A DNA stretch of 64,000 bases from an uncultured Nitrososphaeraceae archaeon (GTDB lineage: Archaea; Thermoproteota; Nitrososphaeria; Nitrososphaerales; Nitrososphaeraceae), in NCBI GenBank assembly GCA_963765895.1, contig CAVXZB010000084.1, positions 416,001-480,000 of the forward strand, written 5' to 3'. Position numbers and translations under genes: made by a program. The notes under the pieces were generated by a model. That model worked only from the letters and a program-made list of their open reading frames with translations, made no database searches and was not told where the DNA came from. This document shows, in pieces, positions 55,911-64,000 of this stretch (position 1 is the first letter of the stretch; each line of letters starts with the position of its first letter).

Positions 55911-56810
55911 ATGAATTACCATCAAGATAGACTTTTGGTAACCGGTGTGTCAGGCGGCATGGTAGCGAACTAGTAAAACAATTATCAGACTCTGGTGCTA
56001 TTTTTAGGCCAGGCGTCCATTCAAACGAAAATGCAAAGAGGTTAACAAAAATTTCCAGAGGAGGAGATATTTTAATGAAATAGATTATAAAACCCGGTAC
56101 TCTTAACAGAGCATGCAATAATGTAGATAAGCTGTTCTACTTATTTCAGGGGTCCCCAAGCCGTGGAGTATGCTTCCAGGTTCATAAAGGACTATGGAAG
56201 GCCGGAGCTAGATCTATAGTGAAGGTATCTTATCTGCGAGATTATACTAAATCTAGGGTAACAATAACTCGCTTACACAGACAAGTAGAAAAAGTGATTG
56301 AAAGTCAGGGATCCAGTTTACGTTCTTGCGACCAAGTTCTTTTATGCAGAACTTTTAATTTCTATGGTCCATCTATTAGGAGTAAGATGCTTTTTATGCA
56401 CCTGGAGGAAGTGCAAAGATCAGTCAGTTTCATTGACATGTGAGAATTCGCATCAGTAGCAGCCAATATTCTCATAGATGCGAACTGAAATGGTGAAATG
56501 ACTCACGTCGGCAGAGCTATGACATCACAGGACCAGGCTCCCCTACAATCGAGCTGCAGAAATTCTATCTAAGGTAACAAATAAGAAAATCAGTTATGTG
56601 AATAGTACCTGATGCAGAAGCTCGTCAAGGGATGAGAGAGAAGGCAACGGATGGATGGTTTATTAACATTGCATTGGAACTATATGATAGTTATAGAAAA
56701 GGATACGCATCAAACATATCTTTTGCAGTTGAATCTATAACTGGAACTAAGCCTAGGACATTTATTGGGTCTATAAGGATCATGCTAACTATTTCAATTA
56801 AAAATTTTTT
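55911..56810 (+). pseudogene. NmrA-like/SDR NAD(P)-binding protein, decayed
   Basis: RLLVTGVSG, GSELVKQLS, NVDKLF, RLHRQVEKVIES, FTFLRP..FMQ, VSFID, ITGP and AVESITGTKPRTF, scattered across frames with stops. Confidence 0.8.
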
Positions 56811-56955
56811 AATCTCTCAGTTAGTCAACCTGACCTATGTCTCAGAAAATATGTATTGGCCTGTCTACTCACAGTCTCTGCTGTCTTCATATCGATGAGT
56901 TGAAATTTATTTGCGGCATGGCTACATGTTTCCTTCATTGAAAATACTTTAAACC

Positions 56956-58003
56956 ATGATTATTCATAATTACTTTATGGCTATACGATTACAAGAAATC
57001 GAGAAGATATCAATTACCATACTTATAGATAACTATACCGATAGGCTTCTACAGAATACCTCGCATACATTGAGATCACCTATGATAAGGGGAGAAAAAT
57101 TTTTACCTGCTCCACTGGCAGAACATGGGTTTTCAGCACTCATCAAGATCCATCACAAATACCAAAATAAAGATCTTGAAGGTTTAGATTATAAGAATGA
57201 CAATAACACATTTCTCTTTGATACCGGTGTAACCGAAGAAGGAATAATCCTAAACGCCGCCAATTTTGGCATAAACCTTGACCAGATAGAAGCAATTATT
57301 TTAAGCCATGGCCACTTTGATCACTTTAACGGCCTTCTCAATGTAATAGACCATATCTCAAGACCAGTTGATATTATTGTACATCCGGATGCATTTCTCA
57401 AAAGATGGCTAATATTTCCTGATGGCAGGAAAGCCAAAATGCCAGTTCTAGAAGAACAGATATTGTCTAGAAAAGGAGCAATAATTCATAAGAATAGGAA
57501 TGTAAATTTCCTTCCTTTAAAGGAACACAACCACGGCTACAACAACTCGACAGCTGGCCCTTCTCTCTTGATCACCGGACAGATTCCAAGGGAGACAAAT
57601 TTTGAAAAGGGATTTCCTTTTCAATATATAGAAAATCCCGATGAAAATAGTCTTTCGCATGATCCTCTAGTTAATGACGACCAGGCCATAGTAGTCAATA
57701 TCCGAAATAAAGGTCTGGTGATACTAAGCGGATGTAGTCATGCTGGAATCATAAACACGATAAACTACGCAAAAAGGTTAACAGGAATAAGTAGCATTCA
57801 TGCAATTATTGGTGGATTTCATCTTTCTGGTGGAAAAATATATGAAGATGCAATAGATCCCACAATAGAAGAGATACAAAATGCAGATCCAGAATGGATA
57901 GTCACCTTGTCACTGTACCGGTTGGAAGGCCGTCAATAGAATAATAAATTCTATGCCTGAGAAATTTATTCAAACAAGTGTTGGGACCGTATTTGAATTT
58001 TAG
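56956..58003 (+). CDS. MBL-fold metallo-hydrolase (annotated family: 7,8-dihydropterin-6-yl-methyl-RFA-P synthase-like), one frameshift near the 3' end
   Basis: ITILIDNY, AEHGFS, LFDTG, LSHGHFDH, DDQA, GCSHAG and GGFHL. An extra base near 57904; removing it restores PCHCTG...SVGTVFEF* (TAG 58001-58003). Confidence 0.88.
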
Positions 58004-58296
58004 ATATGATCACTCATGTATTTAGCTAGATATCCCTATAGTGAAAGACAGAATTAAAGTAGGTCGTATAATTTCTCCACACAAATATTTAGATCAATGA
58101 TCCTGAAGGTTATAGTATGACTTAACAGTAGCTCTAATTAAGTAATTAATTAATTAATCAATTAATTAACGCCGGTATTAATCTAGATTCCTTGATTTAG
58201 CTTCACAAGCTTGGTCACGTCCGCGTTTCCTGCTGAAATAATCACTGTATTCTACTTTGTGACTCATTGGAGTATTATTACCATAAGGCATCTACG

Positions 58297-59331
58297 CTAA
58301 AGCCAATCAGACATAATAGGATCATATATTTTCTTCCTTGTATCGTCTAGGCTATTTCTTTCCTTAACTAGTCCCTGTTGCTTTAATTCGTCGATCGCGT
58401 TCTGAATTGTTCTTCTTGGCAAATGAGTCAATGCAATAAGTTCGCTCTGCTCGATGGGATGTTTTGTCTTTATTATATAATAGATAAATTTAGAAGCTGG
58501 CCCACCTTCGGGTTCTTTGTGATTATAAGAGATATCATATGACGACTTGGACAAAAAGCCTCTTCGTTGTGCCTCGACTTCAGCATTAATATCGATACTT
58601 ACTGCGGCAAGGTTCACACGTTGACCAAATTCTGCGATCATGGCCGACTGTTGGTGTTCAAGTGGCGTTTCAAAAATAAAATTACTAGGTGGATACCTTG
58701 CAGTTAATGCCTCTATAAAACTCCATTTAACAAGTCCTTTTTCATCATAGATGCCAACATTGATACCTTCATTTGCTTCGAGGATCACTTTATTATTAAT
58801 ACTGTTGTTATTAAAATTGGGATTCTTGAAACCCTTTGTTTCGTTTGTTATTTTCATTAATTCTTCTATCTTTTCTAATGTCCTATTAACTCCTAATTGA
58901 TGTCGTGGATCTTTCCTGCCCACTATCCAATGATATCCAAGATCTTTTGATAAAATTAAGTCGCGTATTTTCTCTCTTTGTTCTATATCTAAATCAATAT
59001 TATTTTCACCAATTTCTATTATATCAAACCCGTTTTTGGCTGATTCTGTAACAAATCTATCTAGAGAATTTTCGATAATTGCATATTCTGTGATCGTGCT
59101 CCCTGTTGAAACTCGGACATTATAATCGTGGTAAAATTTTATTCTCTTTTGCAACAGGGTTTCAGGCATTAGTAAGGGCATAATCCCGTAAATTTTTACA
59201 ACATCTATCATAGGAGACAGGATTTCGAAATTATCTGAATAGGTCCCATTTAACTTGTCTATAACGTAAGTTAGGCCTTCTTTCCTAGGCTTTTTATCAT
59301 CTACTCTACCCTTGACTAAATCGTCGAGCAT
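58297..59331 (-). CDS. comA: phosphosulfolactate synthase (ComA)-like TIM barrel fused to a C-terminal winged HTH
   Basis: KPR.EGLT.VIDK, ID.VK, GFD.IEI, VG.KD, ILEA.E, IFE.P...QQ...I..FG..VNL and E..RRG. Tail ELIALTHLPRRTIQNAI.ELK..GLV...D.RKK.Y. Confidence 0.85.
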   Translation of the reverse strand: MLDDLVKGRVDDKKPRKEGLTYVIDKLNGTYSDNFEILSPMIDVVKIYGIMPLLMPETLLQKRIKFYHDYNVRVSTGSTITEYAIIENSLDRFVTESAKNGFDIIEIGENNIDLDIEQREKIRDLILSKDLGYHWIVGRKDPRHQLGVNRTLEKIEELMKITNETKGFKNPNFNNNSINNKVILEANEGINVGIYDEKGLVKWSFIEALTARYPPSNFIFETPLEHQQSAMIAEFGQRVNLAAVSIDINAEVEAQRRGFLSKSSYDISYNHKEPEGGPASKFIYYIIKTKHPIEQSELIALTHLPRRTIQNAIDELKQQGLVKERNSLDDTRKKIYDPIMSDWL

Positions 59332-59588
59332 TAAAACTCAAATATGTACATACTGAAATTACTAGAGCAGGCAAAGTAACACAAATTGAGAAATTGTTTG
59401 GCAGGCATTTTACTATTCTGGCACAGTTCATATCATTGGAGGCAGATATATATTCATGCCTTATTTATAACTCAGCTATCAACAATAGTTGAATCTCAAT
59501 AAATGAATAATTTGAATTTGAACTATGAGCACCACCATAAAAATTTGGTTTATATGCACATGCTATAAGTATCTATTGAATGCTAAAG

Positions 59589-60023
59589 TTACCTCAGATT
59601 TATTTGAATAGATAGAGCTGTAATTTTCGTAGGTGACAGTGGCATGAAGTCTATGCTCTGATTCAAACATAGTGGGCATGATCTTAGTATATCAGCCAAG
59701 TTAGGGTTTGCCATATTAGATATGTGATGTATGTAAGACGCACACCAAAGGCACGATTTGCAGAGCAAAAAGTAATGTAGGATATTTCCGATGTCGTCGT
59801 TAATCCTATCGTTATAAACCGTCATATTCCTTGCTCCTTCTGAACTTGAGCTTGCATGAGCAAATGTATTTTCGATTTGCTGTTGATGTTTCCTTGTTAT
59901 AGGATGCGCGATCATTATTGTTAAATACATATAGAGAAATATAATCAGATCTATATATGCAAAATAATCATAAAGGTGTATTTGAGGTATTGGTTCATCC
60001 ATATTATTAATGGCATATTGCAT
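59589..60023 (-). CDS. small zinc-ribbon protein
   Basis: FLLCKSCLWCAS...CPLC...MPL. The real start is probably internal (about 59910 or 59825). Confidence 0.65.
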   Translation of the reverse strand: MQYAINNMDEPIPQIHLYDYFAYIDLIIFLYMYLTIMIAHPITRKHQQQIENTFAHASSSSEGARNMTVYNDRINDDIGNILHYFLLCKSCLWCASYIHHISNMANPNLADILRSCPLCLNQSIDFMPLSPTKITALSIQINLR

Positions 60024-60425
60024 TGAGAAAACGAACGAATATGTTGTTTCGATATTGTGTTCTCAGTACTATCTATTTTTTGTATTATATTTAGTTCAAT
60101 ATTTGTAAATCAGCTATCAAGCCAAGTACAGGGCTAAATCGTCGATTTGCTTGATAGAGATTAGTTTTCAGAATTTGATATTATAACTGAAGCCAGCCTT
60201 GCAGGCGTTTTTGCTCCTTTACCCAAAAGAATTCCTTCGGTAGTAGTATTTATCAGTGAGCTAATGAAAGATAATTATCTTGTAGCCGCGGCTAAGATAT
60301 ATTCTGTAGTAAGAGTAAAGTAACAAGATGCTATACCAGACAACAATTGAGTGGCCTGAATAAAGATTCAGTGGTACATTTAGAAAAAATAGAATAGAAT
60401 AGAGAAGAATAGAAATTTTTAGGAT

Positions 60426-61011
60426 TTATGATGCTAACAACTTAAGCTGGTCATCAAGAAACGATTCATCTCCGAGATTAAATGTGAAGACAGTGGCGAC
60501 CTTCAACATTTTTTGTGCATCGAGAGGGCTATAATATTTGTTTACGATTTTTTGAAATTCAGTAAATTTCTCAAGTTTTGACATTTTTCTCAGACGTTCA
60601 ATCAAGCTAATAGATGGATTATCATTCACGGCTTGATAACACGGTGGTCGTTGAGATTTTACGAAAGTCCAATCTTGGTACTTCAGAATATGATGCCGGT
60701 GTCTCATGTGTATTATGATTATGATTATTATCGATATTGCTATAACTATTGGTATTATTATAAATTTCGTGAGTGTACATTAGAGGATTTGGATCATTAT
60801 TCTGAATTCTGGTATTGTTGTTGTTTTTTCTAAATAATAATGTGTCTATCGGTTCGTGGAATTTACCATTTAGCCTGCCAACGATATACTCAAGTGGTCG
60901 AACTATCGCGCCGTTCCCGATATGTAGATTTTGGTTATGTCTGTTAGCGGAGGACTTTCTTGTGAAGCCGGCTCCGCATATCGCACAGATCCATGTATGC
61001 TGACTATTCAT
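60426..61011 (-). CDS. C2H2 zinc-finger protein, frameshifted
   Basis: WICAICGAGFTRKSSANRHNQNLH followed by EYIVGRL.G. ORF 60426..60707 supplies a helical C-terminus after a frame change. Confidence 0.7.
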
Positions 61012-61428
61012 ACTCAGTATTATTTTATAATTCTGTCTTTAAAAAGAAAAAAGAAAAAGAAAAAGAAAAACTGGAGGCCGTATGTCCAGAGTGCTACGCT
61101 GTGCTGCACTGATTGTCGTATTATAGCTTGGTTTGACGACCTACAGAATGGCTAATAATGATATATCTTGACGCAACGCGTAGTAAAACAAAATTCTACA
61201 TACATAGATCATAAGGCAATTCTATTTTTTGCTCAAGATGCAGAAAAATCTGTCGTAAAACGTTGGAATTGAGAATTTATCCACCAAGATGGCTAAGATC
61301 CAAATAAATATTAGAGGTAAATCCAAACTCAAGTCATCAAACGCTTTAGAGACAAAGATATTATTATCTTGCTAGCGCTAACATCGTCATAACCTTGAGT
61401 ATAATTTATGCTGCTGCCACATTACATT

Positions 61429-63334
61429 TTATCCGCATAGCTGACCTCGCATTTGCTTAGCCATCTCACCATGTAGGCCACCAGCTGCGATGTGCCTATT
61501 AACTGCTTGATTGCATGCATCTGAAAATGCATTGTCATTTACTCCAGAATCGGAACCAGCGGCATTATTATTATTAGAACTGTCATGACCAGTCTTAACG
61601 AACCCGGTATCACTTTGGTCATTAGATGAAGGCTGTTCAGTATTGTCCTTGTTATCATCACCTGATTGAACTCCAATTACGTTAACTGCATTACCATCTC
61701 CCTGTACTTGATTAGCCAAGTTTTGGCAGTTAACATCAGATGCTCCTTTTCCGTTTCCACATACATTGGCCTGTGCAATAGATTGGCTTTGACCATGATG
61801 TCCATGTCCATTGTTGTTGTTGCTGCCACTGCCGCCGCTGCCATCTCCACTGCTACTAGTTCCACTTTGACGTACACCCAACTGTCCTGTCTGTCCAGCA
61901 TTTCCACCATTATCACTACCGTCATTATGACTATCATCATTGCCGCCTCCACCACCTGATTGAACTCCAATTACGTTAACTGCATTACCATCTCCCTGTA
62001 CTTGATTAGCCAAGTTTTGGCAGTTAACATCAGATGCTCCTTTTCCGTTTCCACATACATTGGCCTGTGCAATAGATTGGCTTTGACCATGATGTCCATG
62101 TCCATTGTTGTTGTTGCTGCCACTGCCGCCGCTGCCATCTCCACTGCTACTAGTTCCACTTTGACGTACACCCAACTGTCCTGTCTGTCCAGCATTTCCA
62201 CCATTATCACTACCGTCATTATGACTATCATCATTGCCGCCTCCACCACCTGATTGAACTCCAATTACGTTAACTGCATTACCATCTCCCTGTACTTGAT
62301 TAGCCAAGTTTTGGCAGTTAACATCAGATGCTCCTTTTCCGTTTCCACATACATTGGCCTGTGCAATAGATTGGCTTTGACCATGATGTCCATGTCCATT
62401 GTTGTTGTTGCTGCCACTGCCGCCGCTGCCATCTCCACTGCTACTAGTTCCACTTTGACGTACACCCAACTGTCCTGTCTGTCCAGCATTTCCACCATTA
62501 TCACTACCGTCATTATGACTATCATCATTGCCGCCTCCACCACCTGATTGAACTCCAATTACGTTAACTGCATTACCATCTCCCTGTACTTGATTAGCCA
62601 AGTTTTGGCAGTTAACATCAGATGCTCCTTTTCCGTTTCCACATACATTGGCCTGTGCAATAGATTGGCTTTGACCATGCTTACTTCCGTCTTTATTATG
62701 TCCCCCACTTTGTATTTGATTTCCAATATTCTGGCATTTTACGTCGCTGGCCAACTTGCCATTTCCACATACATTAGATTGTGAAATTACTTGGACTTGG
62801 TCGTTATTGTTGTTGTTATTGTTAGCTCCATTGTGATTATGACCGTTATGGTCGTTATTGTTGTGAGCTCCATTATCTTGATTGTTATTATCATTGTTAT
62901 TATTATTGTTATTATTATTGTCGCTACTAATCACTTCAAATGGTGCAGTGACAGTCTTTGAAGCATAACTGTTAGCAGAAGCTCTTGCTGCCTACATTGA
63001 AGGTACCAGTATCTGCATCTGAACTAATTCTGATGTTAAAAGTTGTTAGTCCATTATCATCTGTATGCGAAGAACCAGTAGCCACTTTACCAGAGGGTGG
63101 ATCTATCGCAAGCTTTACAAATGCATCACTGATCTTATCATTGGTATTTGCATCTCTTACAGTCACTGTGATCTTTTGTGTATCGCCTGTTTGTATTGGA
63201 TCTTGATCTACACTGATCTTCATTTTAAATTCTTTTTCTGCATAAGCTTTATTGTCTTGCACGATTCCACTGAGAGGGTTGTAGGGTAACAAATACAATT
63301 GCGCAAAAATAGAACTGCATAAAACTACTGACAA
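61429..63334 (-). CDS. large secreted protein: signal peptide, Ig-like domain, Asn/His-rich linker and five C-G-N-x8-C modules (one frameshift)
   Basis: ORF 62972..63334 (signal ..KAYA, DPIQTGDTQKITVTVRD..T...ISDA.V, TDDNG) joins 61429..62934 if one base is removed near 62990 (VAARASANSYASKTVTAPFEVISS). The frame stays open to about 63405. Confidence 0.85.
61659..62679. repeat. perfect 294-bp coding tandem repeat, about 3.5 copies
   Basis: CCTGATTGAACTCC recurs at 61661, 61955, 62249 and 62543. Alternative-frame ORFs of the units are identical. Confidence 0.97.
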
Positions 63335-63674
63335 CGACAGTAACGCGACTGACGGAGCTATTCGAATATGATTTACATCTCTCTTTTTACCTGAATTTAG
63401 AGGTACTCAATATTTTGTGACTAGAAGTTTGACATCCTAATTTTATTAAAGATTTAAGAATATGAATTTCATATTCGAATTTCATAATAATCTAATAAGA
63501 TGAGAATGAAGAATTAAATCATAGACGAATATAACCTAAAATAAGTTACTTTTCTTTCTATAGAACCCTTACGCACACTAATGTCTTACTAGAATTGGCC
63601 CCATCTTGATGACACGCGCATATATATCATCATCTTGCTTGCGATGTAGATTTTATTTATACCTAATCCCATAT

Positions 63675-64000
63675 TCAATAAAGCCAAGTTACAGCAAAAA
63701 TAATGCAAGAGTTTGTATAGAATATCAATTTTAATGAAAAAATTATTAGTCCTAATATAATAGCCAGAAAAAAGGAGACTTTTATTGTACTGCCCCAAAG
63801 CTCAGCTCCTGTTGCATTTGCTGGTTGTTCTAACGGCTGCAATCCTTTCTCTTTCAGAACTGCATCGAGTACCTTTGTATCAAATATCCCAGATAAATCA
63901 GGACGTTGTTTACCAAGATATCCTACATCAAATGCGTTATTTGCAGATTGTAATAATGCCAACTTTAGAGGATCGTAAGTAAAGTCTATCCTAGATAGAC
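63675..64000 (-). CDS. ABC transporter substrate-binding protein (SsuA/NitT-like), C-terminal part; truncated by the window edge
   Basis: The frame is open to the window end: SRIDFTYDPLKLALLQSANNAFDVGYLG...PDLSGIFD...L..VLKEKG. Confidence 0.65.
   Translation of the reverse strand, partial: LSRIDFTYDPLKLALLQSANNAFDVGYLGKQRPDLSGIFDTKVLDAVLKEKGLQPLEQPANATGAELWGSTIKVSFFLAIILGLIIFSLKLIFYTNSCIIFAVTWLY

Noticed and set aside
61659-62679. Tandem repeat considered as a CRISPR array or mobile element
   Set aside because: The 294-bp in-frame units have no unique spacers; it is a coding repeat.

Overview
AT-rich archaeal DNA. The gene content points to a soil ammonia-oxidising archaeon of the Nitrososphaeraceae (inference): Nre with a PIP box, PsbP-like and FxLYD-type exported proteins, Cache histidine kinases with many stand-alone receivers, MEDS proteins, ComA-HTH and Asn-rich insertions. 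It is a loosely packed accessory region. Housekeeping genes include an M1 aminopeptidase, CorA, NreA, aconitase, a WtpA/ModA-type binding protein, an MFS transporter, DsbA, beta-carbonic anhydrase and Mre11/Rad50. Many otherwise intact genes carry single-base indels, probably long-read errors. A separate set of decayed remnants is also present (methyltransferase, cupredoxin, hemB, DUF1404/CtaG-like, SRPBCC, CopA, HxlR, OsmC, NmrA). The strongest novel signal is a family of secreted Q/N/G-rich modules, Q-x5-N-x-C-G-N-x8-C-[QE]-N-x3-Q-x2-G-x2-N-A-V-N-x2-G. It occurs as two short single-module proteins (3847, absent from the ORF track, and 5870) and one long protein with an Ig-like domain plus five modules, encoded partly by a perfect 294-bp tandem repeat. 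This short-plus-long layout recalls Streptomyces chaplin amyloids. Other leads are a tandem HiPIP/Iro-like protein, a cluster of four PRC-barrel/YsnF-like stress proteins, a stand-alone Mre11-Rad50 pair, a DsbA with a membrane CxxC partner and a possibly degenerate ComA fused to an HTH. No rRNA, tRNA, CRISPR array or intact mobile element was recognised. All family calls come from motif recognition by eye; no database search was run.
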